DNA from: Bilabrum cf. latius
Lineage: Eukaryota
Direction of reading: 5' to 3'
DNA: 54,635 nucleotides
Assembly (NCBI GenBank): GCA_965178125.1
Contig: OZ237764.1
Span: 806,001 to 860,635 of the forward strand
Below, piece after piece: positions 11,575-23,838 of this stretch. Every line of letters starts with the position of its first letter. The first letter of the stretch is position 1. The position numbers were made by a program, and so were the translations under genes. Below the pieces are notes generated by a model. The model made no database searches. It was not told the origin of the DNA and saw only the letters and a list, made by a program, of their open reading frames with translations.

Positions 11575-14500
11575 ATGTCAAGTGCACCGGCTGTGGACTC
11601 CAAGCTTCCATTCGATCAGCTTGGCCTCGCTTCCAATGGTACTCTTGCGTCTACGCTCTCGGCGTACCGGAAGGGAGCTGCAGGCAAGCAGGAAGCATGT
11701 CTTGGGGTGGACCCCTCCCGCGTCCAGGAAGACGTGGTCTTCAGCTCTACGCTGACAAAGGTAAACCGCTGGGGCAGCAAGCAGCGCCGCGACATTGTCG
11801 TAACGACGCTCGCAGTGTACAACTTCAAGCCAGGGAGCTACGGCTCGTGGCAGCGCCGCATCCCGCTTCATTGCGTGGGCCGCGTGGTGCAGGAAACTGG
11901 AGGCACCGGCCGCCTGCTGCTGCACATGTGGAACTACGCCACCGAGTACGATTACGAGCTCGTGCTCCCGGTCAAGCAAGCAAGGGATGCCTTCATCCTG
12001 GCCCTGCAGAGGGCGCACAGGGCACTCGTGGGGTCCGACGAGCTGGCGGTGGTGGAGGACTCGGCCGCCACGCTGGATGGAACCAAGGTCGACAAGGCCG
12101 ACATGCCCCGGCGGGTGCAGGAGATCAAGGGGGACGAGCTGGCGCAGCGGGCCATCGAGCAGCGCACGGCCAGAGTGAAGGCCAGCATCCTGTGGCCGGA
12201 GGGACAGCCCATCCCTCCCGAGCTGGAGGGGAAGCTGGCTGCTTCGGAGGAGCGCGCGGTGTCTGCCGGCAAGAGACCGACACGTGGTGTGGCGGTGCGT
12301 GCCTCGCGCACGTCGTCCGGGGCCGCGGGTGGGGGCGCCGGTGGGGGAAGCAACGGCAGCGGGGTCGCTCGTCAGTCGATTCTGCAGGGGATCGGCGGTG
12401 CCTCGTCTCTCCTGAGCGAGGCGGACGCGGCTGCTGCTCTGGCAGACGTACGGGAGGAGGAGGAGGAGGAGGAGGAAGAGGAAGAGGAAGAGGAGGGCGG
12501 TGAAGCTGGGAGCAGCAATGGGGACAGGGTGTAGAACGATGGCAGTGGTGGTAGTGATTCCACCAAAAAGAAGCGGGCTGGTGGCACGTCCTCGGCTGGA
12601 TCCAAAGACCCGCTCAAGGTGTCCAGGACGGACCCAAGCACTCCCCCGGGGCTGCTGCAGCAGGTGCTGGCAGTGGTGGAATCAAAGATCAAGTCCACCG
12701 CGACCGCCGGTGGGCCCGGCGCCGCAGACGCGCAGAAGCTGGTGGAAGGTCCGCTGACCAAGTGGCCCAGGGGCACTGAGCTGGACCGCGCCCGGGTGGT
12801 GGGGCAGTGCATGGTGTCCCCGCAAGGGGCCAAGATCCTGGGCGAGGACCCTGCGGCCCTGCAGCTGGTGCTGTACGGGGCCGCTGCTCTGTGTGGGTTT
12901 GACGAGCTGGATGAAACGATGACGCTGGAGGAGGGTTCCAAGCTGCTGCCCGAAGGAGCGAGGGGCCCGAGCAAGTGGAGGAGCGAGAGCAAAGAGGGAG
13001 AGGGTTATTAGAGAGGTGTGGAAGACCCCTCGCTGAAGAGGAGGATCCGCCTGGATGTGGCCAAGTCGGGCGGAGCTGTGAGGGCCTGGATGCTGCGGTG
13101 CGCCTGGCAGGCAGTCAGCACGGCCACGGCGCGAGAGAGGCAGGACTCAGAGGCGGGCAAGCTGGCAGCCGCCATCCGAGACGCTGGTGGATTCTCCTTT
13201 CTGGCTCTGAGGGCCCTGGCGCTGCACTTCCCCGTGCCTGCCGCTCCTAGGTGGGCGCAGGACGCGCAGGGGGCGGGTGCCCAGCGGATCCTGCCGCCCG
13301 CCGTGATGGCAGACGGGAGCGAGCCTGCCGAGGCGGCCCGGATGGTGCCTGTCCCCGTGACGCCGGCCATGTACAGGGCTTTGCTGGAGGCTCTGCTGGG
13401 CCGGCTGCACGCCCCCGAGGAGGGCTTGGAGGGCGGTGAGACCTTCGGACAGCCCATCCAGGCCGCTGCCATGCTGCCGCTGATGGTGCGATGCGTGCGG
13501 CTGGCCTCGTGCTGGTCGCTGCGCAAGGACATCTTGAAGGACATCAACGTGCTGCTCATCCGCAGGGAGGACAACTTCCCCCGGGTGCTGACCTCCCCCG
13601 ACTGGCAGTCCTGGCTCGCGCCCCTGCTGGCCCTAGTGCCCAAGCGGGCGGGGGCGCGGTCGGAGGAATGCGTAGAGTACACCAAGTACGTGCTGAACCT
13701 CTACGCAATGGTGCTGCACCACGTGTTCGGGCGGGGCCCAGAGATTGAGACCTGCATGCGGCGGTTCTTCCGTCTGCTGCGGCTGCAGTGTGGCGGCTGG
13801 ACGAACGAGGTTATCGGGGTGGCCCGATCCTTGCTCGGCAACCTCCTGGTCAAAGTGGCAAGCGGATCCAACAGGTGGGCAAAGGCGTACGACAAGCCGC
13901 AGTGGCAGGCCATGTTTGCCCTGCTGAAAGTGACGTACGATTTCGTGTTTTACATGCCGGCGGAGGAGGAGGACGCTTCCGCTGCTGCCGCCGGGGGCGA
14001 AGACGAGGATGACCCGGGGGCTGACGGGGACGATGGGGAGGAGGGAGAGAGCAAACACGATGAAAGCGGTGGAGGCGGCAAGACGAAGAAGAAGAAGAAG
14101 GACAAGAAGGCGGAGGCAGAGAGGCTGATGAGGGAGCCCGGCACGTGGCACGGGCTTGACGAACCCGGGGCCCAAGAGGACCCACCGGGGGGCGCCGACA
14201 AGGACAACAGGCACAAGAAGGCCATCGAGGCCTGGAAAAAGGCACAGGACGAGAGGCATGTGGGCATGCCGGTGGGGCAGGTGCTGGAGGGAAGGGAGCG
14301 CTGGCTGGGCTCTTTGGACAGGGGCGCGCCAGCCTTGTCCAAGCGCTCCAGGGTGGTGCGAGGCGTGCTGAGCGTGCTGCCCGACTTTGCATCCCCATTT
14401 GCGCCCCCGCCGGGCACGAGCGCCGGCCGCCCGGGCCCCGTGGACAGATCAAAAGTGGGGCTGCACCCGGCCGACTCGGGGGACGGCGGGGGCGACGGAG

Positions 14501-17500
14501 ACGCGTGCCCTGACCTGAAGCTGGCCCGGCGCGTCTCATCGCTCCTCGCCAAGCTCGGCGTGACCGACTCAAAGGCGCCCACGGGTCTGGCGGCTGCCGC
14601 TCGATCTAGCGCGAACGCGAAGGAGCTCCTGACGGCGGGCCTGCGAGAGAAGAAGCGCTGGAGGGGTGTGGAGGGCGTGCTGCAGGACGCCGACCCTGAG
14701 GCAGTGGCGAACTTTCTCGCCGACGAGCAGAGGGAGGCCTCGCGCGGGTTCTTCTCATCCGGGGGGGCCAACAAGCAGCAGCTGGCCGCCGCCATCCGCC
14801 AGCAGCAGTCGAGGGCTTAGACGGCGAGGGCGGCGCGAGCCGTGGTGCGCGCCAAGCGGCAGAAAGCTGCCGAGGCGAAGAAAACGCTGCAGATCACCGC
14901 GGAGATGGAGGCCGAGGGTGAGGCCGAGGAGGAGGAGGAGGAGGAGGCCAGAGCCGCCGAGGATGCGCGGGCGAGGGCGACGGAAGGCAAGGGCGGGGAA
15001 CAGGGCAAGGGCGAGGTGGCTGGGGCTGGTGCTGGTGCTGCCGCCACCCGCGGGATGGGGCGCAAGGCCAAGCGCCTGCGCGGCGCCGGTCGTGCCAAAT
15101 CGGACCGGTCTATCGGTGGCGGCAAGCCGGCCCTGACCCCTGCCCCTGCTGCTGCCGCATCGGCTGTTCCCGCGGGATCGGGCTCCCCGCCGCCCCCGTC
15201 TCGGCCATCGGCCCCCGCTGCCGCCCCCGAGCCCGAGTCGCAGGGTGAGCACGCCGTGGAAAAGGCCCTGGCTGCCCTGGAGGCGGCAGACGAGGGAGGT
15301 GCGCCCGCACCCGCGGCGGCGCCTCTAGACCCAGTCGCCGGTGCTCTTCTGCCGCCGCCGTCCAGCGGCGCAGGCGCAGACGCTGTCGCGCCGTCGGAGG
15401 CGGCAGCTGCTGCCTCAGCCGAGCAAGCTGCAGAAGATCAGGAGGAAGAGGAAGAGGAAGCCATCGCCGACATTGAGTGCGGCGCGTGCGGCAACCCAAT
15501 GGGCGACGCTCCCTGTCTGGAGGCTCTTGGGAAGTACTGGCACGAGTCGTGCTTCGTTTGCTGCGACTGCGGCGATGAACTGGCGGACCGACGGTTCTTC
15601 TCGCGCAAGGGGGCCATCTACTGCCGCAGGGACTACCTGGAGCGCTTCGGCAAGTCTGTGTGCGCGGGCTGCATGCGGAGCTTCAAGAAGAACGAACAGG
15701 CAATCGAAGCCGCGGGAAGGGTGTGGCACCCCGACCACTTCGCGTGCGCCGAGTGCGAACGGAGCTTCGGCGACGATGAGCCTTTCTTCGTCAAGGACAA
15801 GATGGCGTACTGCGGCGACTGCAACGATCGGCTGTTTTTGGCATGCCCGCAGTGCAACCAGCCGGTGCTCGATGACCAGGAAGGGCTGTCGGCGCTTGGG
15901 CACAATTGGCACATTGAATGCTTCCGATGCGAAGCAGGTGGCTGCTCGCTAGCGGAGCAAAAGTTCTTTCCTCGAGACGGGAAACCTTACTGTGAGGACC
16001 ACTTCTCCCAGTTGTTTGCGCCGAAGTGTGCTCGATGTTCCATGCCTATTCGTGAAGACGGCGTGCAGGCTTGCGGTTCTCCGTGGCACTAGAGCTGCTT
16101 TGGATGCACTGAGTGTGGGGTTTTGTTCGACGGAGGCAAGTATTTCGAGGTTGAGGGCAGACCCTACTGCACCGATCACTACTGGAGCAACTTCGGCAAA
16201 CGATGCTCTGCTTGCGAAGAGCCCATTCGAGACAAGGTTTTCAATGCTTTAGACCGCGATTGGCATTTTGACTGCTTTGCGTGTGCAGAGTGCAAGGCCC
16301 CATTCCCTGACATGCGGTTTTTCTCAAAGAACGGCAAACCTTACTGCAGGGATGACTTTGGAAAACTGTTCTGCGAAAAGTGCCCCAAATGTGCAGAGCC
16401 TGTAATTGAAGGCGCTCTGAAAGCGTTGGGTAAACTGTGGCATCCCGAGTGCCTCACGTGCACCTATGACGGCTGTATGAAGCAACTAAAAACCGGCATA
16501 TTCAAGGGAGAAGACGGGATGCCATACTGCGAAGAGCACTTCAACCAACTGTTTGCTGCGGTATGTAAGAGATGCAATATGCCAATAAGTTCTGGACGTG
16601 TAATCAGTGCTCTTGATGCCAAGTGGCATGAAGCTTGCTTCAGTTGCCCTGGGTACGAGGGCTCGGGTTGCAGTGAGGACTTAAGTGTCCCAGGAGCCTC
16701 CATTTTTAACCACAACGGGTACCCCTTCTGCCAGACTCACTTCTTGCTCGTATCTGGAAAACCATGTCACAAGTGTGGAAAGACAATATAGCGTGGGAAG
16801 CAGTTAACGGTGTTTGATCTGCATTTTCACCCTGAATGTTTTTCATGCTCGGCATGTGATTCGGGCCTGAAACCGACCGACAAGATTGCCAAGAATCCAT
16901 GCTCTGGTGGGCCTATGTGCTTCGACTGCTTAGCATTATAGTTTGATTTATGCCCCACATGCAATTCGGCAGTGTAGGGCGCCCATATTAAAGTGATGGG
17001 CCGAAAATATCATCCTGAATGCCTTGCTTGTGTGGTTTGTGATACCAAATTTCAGAGTGCATCTGATGGTAGTGTGGAAGGACTATACCAAAATGGTGAT
17101 TGGCCAGTATGTGAAACACACGCTGTGGAAGATTTCGATGCTGACACGCTTTAGAAGATAGCTGCATTTGACAAGCGTTGTGCTGACAGATCTTCGAATT
17201 GGTCTAATATCATGGAGACAGGTCTTCTCACAAGGTCTGTTGAAATGGCTTCCGAAATATGGGATGCTGAGAAAACGTCTGATGGCAAATGGTACTTTGC
17301 GTTGAATGGCGAATCAGTCTGGTCTCTTGAGGCTGGTTCAACTATTCGAATGCCAAATGAAGCGGTTTGTATTCTTGCCACTGAAGCTGGCTCTGATGCC
17401 TGGCAAGAGCTTCGTGATGATGATGGAGACAGCTATTTTGCCAAAGAGGGAGAATCAAAGTGGGATTTGGCAGAAGGCGACACTGTTGTATTAATGCTAG

Positions 17501-17505
17501 ACTGA
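11575..17505 (+). CDS. ~1976-aa multidomain protein: N-terminal myosin-TH1/PH-like domain, central helical region, nine LIM domains, two C-terminal WW-like motifs
   Basis: One frame interrupted only by TAG (12532, 13009, 14818, 16090, 16789, then three more between 16.9 and 17.2 kb). VVFSSTLTKVNRWGSKQRRDIVVTTLAVYNF is TH1/PH-like. Nine CxxC...HxxC/H...CxxC...CxxH/D/C units lie at ~15478-17120. WDAEKTSDGKWYF...SVW and WQELRDDDGDSYF...SKW are WW-like. Stop is TGA. Confidence 0.82.
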
Positions 17506-17528
17506 TGCAAATACATCATGCAGATTCA

Positions 17529-20318
17529 TCATTTCAATTTAACAACCACAATTGTGATGTCGTCAGATCCACCAGTTCTGCCAATCCACCGCGCTCTAGA
17601 TACTCGCATAAGGCCGTCAGCGCAAGTCTTTGCGTCATGGGATGAGGACATTACAGCAACTATGGAGTTCGGCGTGAAATCCCAAAGCTGCGAAAACGAT
17701 TCAGATGCGTCTTAAATTAAATTGCATTGGAAAGTGGTCGGTATGCTGCGAATGAATCGACTGACATTGCAATTCTCACGCCATCGGAACCCAGCACTAC
17801 GGCTTCGTGCTGATCATTCAACTTGTACGTAATCCTATCAGGAATAGAAACAACACCAGCGGCTTTGGCGACTAGGTCCCCCAAAGATCTACTCATCGCA
17901 AGTCCTGGAGCTGGTACATCTTTTAGCCAAACTCGCGGAGGTCCAACAATGTGTGGAGCCATACGATTCCTAGTTGCCATAACCCGTCCGCCAGCCTAGA
18001 GAATACGTCTTCTCTCTACTTCCATATCTGGCTTGTGGTCTGTGGTTATAGACTGCGCGATGCACAGCTTATCGCCAGATGGTGACTTAAGCGTAGCGAT
18101 AAGCCGGCTATCACCAACACAGATTGCCCACAGTGTACGACCTCGAATTACAGATGCGACTGCTGTTGAACCGCTCAACGAGCAATCAATACCACTGTCT
18201 GCGGTGATGTACAGCTGTAGCAAACAAATAGGCATGCAGTAAAGCGGGGAGAAATGCAGCCTGATCGTCAACGTTTGACTTACCACGGATCAACTGTACC
18301 TCGGCAACCTGCAGTGCATCGGCAAGCGCAGCGCACAAGTCAGGGGATTCACCCTTTGGTGCGGGAAGTGTCACGAACCTGTCGTCCTGCAACAGCGCTT
18401 GTACAAACGCCCTTGCTACGAACCCGGAGACGTCATGGCCGTGCACGCCGTGTCCATCAAACACAGCAACAAGAAGGCTCTGCGTGCCGGCGTGCTCCAC
18501 CATGACCATCGCGTCCTAGTTCGTCTTTCGCAGCATAGGATTATGCCCACGCAATGACACCCCAGCAACGCCCACCACGTTCATGCAGCGCGGGGCAGCA
18601 ATGCTGGCCTCTCTGCAGTCCTCCGGTGGGATCCGTGCCACACCGGCCTCGCGCTTCGCCTGCAAAACTAGCGATGCGACGTTAACTGCTGGCTCCTGCT
18701 CGCACGCATTTTTTCTAAACTCGCTTGCCCCAGCCAAGCCGGCACTGCGTTGCTTGCCAAAGCCCAAGCCAGAACTGCCCCCAGAGGTGGTCCCGTGCGC
18801 CTGCGCGGCGATCCTCGACCCGAGCCGATCCACGCCTGCCTGGGCAGCAGCGGCGAGTGCCTGCGCCCGGGTAGTCGGAGGAGCACCAGGTGTGGCTGCT
18901 GCAGCGGCACTCTTAAGAGGCTGCAGCGCCTACTTGGCTTGCCTGCGCTGGAGCTCCATTCCATTCCCCTTCGCTGGCCGGGCGCCACTCGGCGACACAC
19001 CAGCACGTCCTCCCTTGGCCTGGCTGCCATGACTCGCACTTGCTCCTCCAGCTCCGGTCCGTGCCATGCTCCCCGCTCTTGCGCCATTTCTATGCACCGA
19101 CTCGTCGTTATTTTGAAGAGGTACCCTGGCGGCACTGCCCAAGCCGCTGTCAAGCCTGCCGCCGCCCCGTCCGCGCAAGCTTTCTACAGAGCCTGGCCGA
19201 CCCCGGGCTAGCGCACCATGGGCTACCGTGCCCCCTGCTCCACGCAGCGCCTGCGTTGCATCCAGGCGCGCAGATTCGCGCACGCGGGCCATCCTCGAGG
19301 CTCCAAACCCCATCGGGTCAGCCCCCCCCTGGCCCTGGCCCTGGCTCGCCTCCCGCCGTCCCCCGCCAAGCGCCACGCTCGTTCCCGGTCGTCGACGCAA
19401 CCCCGGGTACACCTGATCGTGGTTGTTCGCTCCTGTTCCTGCCCCGTGGCCCGTCGCCCGCGTGGGCCCCCTGAGTTTGCTATCCCCCCGCCCCCCTCTC
19501 TCTCCCCTCTACCGCCGCTCGAGGCGTGCGTTGCCAGCAGCGTGCGACCTCCCCTGCCCCTGCCCCTGCCCCTGTCCCTGCCCCTGCCTCTGCCTCGACA
19601 TGCTTCCTTGCTCCTGTGCAGCACCAGTAGCGCCAGCAACGCCCGAAGCATGGTGCCGCCGAGCGTGGTCTGCGTGAGACACCCTGCCAGTGTATCGGGT
19701 CTTGTGCCAGTTGCTGCGGGGCGCAGTCTCCACAGGCACGCCACCATCATCGCCACCACGGGCCACTTTGCCGCCCGCATGGCCCCGTGCGGCCCACAGC
19801 CCAGTAGGCACTGCAGATGCTGTGTCTGCACGTCCTGCTGCCCCAGAGCCAGCCCCGCTCCCAACCGGCTGCTGCTGCGGGGGTGCCAGGCTGCCCCCGC
19901 GCCGAGTCCCACGGTCACCACCCAACTGCGAGGACGTGACCGACGCAGCATAACTAGCATCTCTCTACCTTCCATACGTATAGCCCTGGCCCCCGGGTTT
20001 TGCAATCTGCGCCGGTCGCTTCCGAGTTCGTCGGACTTGGCCGGGAGCACCTAGTGGGGATGATGCTGGAAATCGATTGCTAGAGGCATGTCTTCCGTTT
20101 CCGGTCGTACCTGGTGGCGACAATGCAGAGCCCATAAATCGCAATCCGCTGGCAGCGGCGTCTCTACTCGGCCCGTCCCGAACGGCAGCTCCGCTAGAGC
20201 TGTAGCCGGGCCGTTGCCTGCGGCCCTGAGTCATCCTAAGTGGCGAATGCCGTACCCCGTGCATTTGCTGCATTGATGAATTCTGTGGTCTCCAGGACTG
20301 CGGCGTCCGCCTTGCCAT
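17529..20318 (-). CDS. Protein phosphatase 2C (PPM) with long low-complexity N-terminal extension, ~870 aa; introns 18199-18283 and 17688-17779
   Basis: Motifs KTN*D (=NQD), VFDGHG, SGSTA, VGDSR, DHKPD..ERRRIL*AGGRV, GLAMSRSLGD, LGSDG|LWD, DDITIVVV. Two GT-AG introns restore the frame. The N-terminal ORF pieces are same-frame and joined at TAG. Start codon is less certain than the catalytic part. Confidence 0.85.
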
Positions 20319-20678
20319 GGCTGGGCAAGCAGTACTGCGGATCGATGCGCAACCGGGCAGTCAGGTATACCCGAGACAAGTCAAACTCGCATTTCCCGCA
20401 AATCTATCGCAGACTTAAACTATGCTACGCGTGAGAACACTATTATCGCGCTTGATATCGCCAGGCAAAAACGGTCTAGGCGCCAGCGCCTCGTCGTTGC
20501 TGTCCCAACAGAAAGGCCAGTTAGCCGTTAAGAACTTTACCGAACGTTCGTTATTAATTGTATTGTGGCGTGCACATAAATTTTAGTCTGGATTCACGGA
20601 TCAAAGACGAACAGCAGACTCGGGAGCAGAGCAAGGCGCCAACTGCACAGCCGTAGTTTTTCGTTGCGTTCTTCTGCG

Positions 20679-22053
20679 ATGAATTACACAGGACAGATTT
20701 AGGTTAGGGCCGTTTGCTGCAGTAACTCCCCAGTCGGTCGAGATCCCGCGTGGATCGTTTCGTCCGTTGGTCTGAGTGTTTCATCACCTTCATTTCATAC
20801 CGTTGTGGCGTATGGGGCGCTGCTTGAGCTCGGTCTTGCTAGTTGTGTGCTATCCTTTGGCGGGTTGCACCGATTTTACTCTACTGCGCCGACGCAAACG
20901 TGCCGTCTTTGGCGTCCTACGTCCGCCCCCGTCTTCATTGCTTGATTGTCAAGTTTAGCTTACCCATACGCCTTCATATCTCTACTAAATGCTGCAGGAT
21001 GGCCAGATGCATGGTGATGGCTCCCTCGTTTACCCCAACGGCGAGAAATACACAGGCCAGTGGGTATTTGGCAAGCGCCACGGCATTGGAACTTACTACT
21101 ACCTGGATGGCGGGACTTATGAAGGAGAGTGGGTCGATGACAAGATCCACGGCCGTGGCATCTCCCGGTACGCGAACAAGAATGTGTACGACGGCGAGTG
21201 GGAGAATGGCAGGATCAACGGCTTTGGCACCCTCACCTACGCGGACGGAGACAAGTACATTGGGCAATGGGTGGACGGCAAGATGCACGGGTAGGGAAAG
21301 TATGTGTACGCCGACGGCGACATGTATGAGGGGGAGTGGAAGGACGACAAGAGGCACGGCAAGGGCACGGTCATCTACAAGGACGAGGACGGGACCGTGG
21401 TGGAGAAGTACGAGGGCGACTGGGTGGAGGGGAAGATGCACGGCACCGGTAAGTACTACTATGCCGACGGTGGGACGTACGAGGGCCAGTGGGTGGACTC
21501 GAAGATGCACGGCAAGGGTATGTACGTGTTCCCGAACGGGAACCGGTACGAGGGCGAGTGGGTTGGAGACGTCAAGGAGGGCTACGGCGTGCTGACGTAC
21601 GTGAACGGCGAGCGGTACGAGGGCTACTGGAAGCACGACAAGGCACACGGGAAGGGTACTCTGATCTACGCCACGAACGACCGGTACGTGGGGGACTGGC
21701 AGGAGGGCAAGAAGCACGGGGACGGCGAGCTGCAGTACGCGAACGGGGACGTGTTCCGGGGGGCGTGGCAGGACGACCACGCGACCGGGAAGGGAGTGCT
21801 GTCGTACGCGAACGGTAACGTATATGACGGCGAGTGGGTGGAGGACAGAAGGCACGGGTGGGGCGTGTTCACGTGCCAGGACGACGGGTACCGGTACGAG
21901 GGCGAGTGGAAGCACGGGCGCAAGCACGGCAAGGGCACGATCCACCTGCCCAATGGTGACAAGCTTGGGGGGCAGTGGAAGGATGGGATGATCGATGGCG
22001 CTGTGGAGTACGGCTTCGCTGAAGGGAGCCCGTGGAACAACCCCGACTTGTGA
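20679..22053 (+). CDS. MORN1: MORN-repeat protein, apparent orthologue of apicomplexan MORN1, ~359 aa; inferred intron 20703-20997
   Basis: Continuous YEGEW..GK.HG.G repeats with an in-frame TAG at 21292 (MHG*GKY). The insertion ..[10 protein letters not shown] and the C-terminus SPWNNPDL resemble Toxoplasma MORN1 as remembered. First exon MNYTGQI* splices to DGQMHG. Confidence 0.88.
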
Positions 22054-22395
22054 GCCTGTGAGCCAGCGATCGAGTCGGGGAAGGCTCATCGAACCAGGCC
22101 ATCGGCTTGGAATGGTGGTATGCGCCTTGAAGTAGCAAGACGTGTCTATGTGTAAAGCTATGCAGGTTTAGGTTTGCCCACGGCTAAAGCATTGTGTCAA
22201 GTACCTCTGCGTGCATGCATGCACCGCAAGCTTGTTGGTGGGTTGATGAGACCATCCACTGCGCACTGCGGCACTCTAGATGTGGCTGCTGCTCGTCACA
22301 CTCCAAGGGGCATCAGCCCATCATCTAGTCGTGTCGCACGGACGCGCTATCGTAGAAGTTGGCCCAGTGTATAGGATCTTCGTGGTAAATAAGAT

Positions 22396-23535
22396 ATGTA
22401 CCGATCCGGTCTTGCACGAGCGAGAGCCACGCTCACAACTCGCGCGATTAGTCTGCATTGTGGTCCTCATCGAAATGCCTGCTCTGGTCGCTTCCATCCC
22501 GGAAGCAATTTGTCGGTAACATCAATGGATTCGTCAATTAATTTTAGATTGGAGAGCGCCTGTGGTGCCGGTCGCCGTAGCATGGGCTAGATGCAGCGCA
22601 AGCAAGCAGCATCCACGTCAGCTGAAAGAATCACAGTCCGACGCTTGTCAAGTGAAGCGAAACAATCGCGCCGAGGTTCCGATTAGCCCCGCTTCGATAT
22701 CAACCCGGTGGTTCATGTGCTGGGGCTGTCAACGGTGGGTGCTGCCATATGGCTGTTCTATGGCATGGTTGAGGAAGACAAGGCAAAGCATCGTGGCGTG
22801 TGGGATCCAGACCGTGAGCGAGCCTTGGAACGCGCCAAGGCATCGGAAGATCCTGACGTGTTGCGCCCAAGAGTATACATGGACCTAGCTATCGACGGTG
22901 CACCAGCCGGGCGATTGGTTATCAAGCTTCGAGACGACATCGCACCGCGGACCTGCGAGGCGTTCCGTTCAATGGTCCAGAGCGGGGGCCACGGCAGTTT
23001 CCGGGGCACGGTGTTCGACCGGGTGGTCCCTGGTTTCATCGTACAAGGCGGTGCTCGAACGGATGGAGCGGGCCAGGGCAAGGCAGACGAGGCGCTTGCA
23101 AGTGAAGGCGATCGGCAGCAGTACCCCTTGGATGAGTCCTTCGTGCTGCCTCATTCGCACAAGGGAGTAGTGGCGCTCGCTACGCCCGCTAGTTCTTCTG
23201 CGGCGAGCAGAGATCCGGGAAGCATGCCTTTCTATGTACTGATGGCCCCCGGGGGCGCGCCGCACCTGAATGGTAAGCACGTAGTGTTTGGGGAGGTGGA
23301 CTCAGCTGGACTCAAAGTCCTCGATAAAGTTGAAGCGCTGCATGCAAAGGCAGCTGAAGCGGAGGCAGGGGCACAGGATGCTTCTGGCAGATTGCCCACT
23401 GTTGCCGTGGAGGGGTGTGGTGACGTGCACCGCCGCCGCACCATCGCACCGAATGCCGTGTCAGCTCAGCGAGAATTCATGCAAGGCATGCAGCGACGCA
23501 ATGCCAAGCAGACGGAAGCGAAGCAGATCCCATGA
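22396..23535 (+). CDS. Cyclophilin-type peptidyl-prolyl isomerase with Arg/Ser-rich N-terminal extension and a hydrophobic segment, ~379 aa
   Basis: Motifs RVYMDLAIDGAPAGRLVIKL, APRTCEAF, FDRVVPGFIVQGG, HLNGKHVVFGEV. The N-terminus is joined through two TAGs; start codon is uncertain (22396 or 22525). Stop is TGA. Confidence 0.8.
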
Positions 23536-23838
23536 CAATCTGCATGACGGCAACCACCTGTGAACCTATCGAGTTCCAGCAGACGTGGCTGAGCATATCC
23601 AGAAACGAAGCGGGCTGTGTTGTGATGCCCACATGAGGAAATACCATGTCGTGTTTGCATTGGCTACATGCGCACAAGCAAACTGATGTTTTAATCAACA
23701 ATATGGTGAGGATGTGCAGTTCCTGAAACTGCAGTGCACGAAAGCGCCACCACAGCATTTTGCCGAACATTCGGCTTGTCGAAGATAATACAACTCGTGT
23801 ACGTCTAGCGTAGGTGGATTCCTCGTAAGGCTTGTGAT

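Noticed and set aside
20698-20709. TTTAGGTTAGGG as an interstitial telomere seed
   Set aside because: Only about two units, coinciding with the inferred MORN1 exon 1 splice donor; likely chance.
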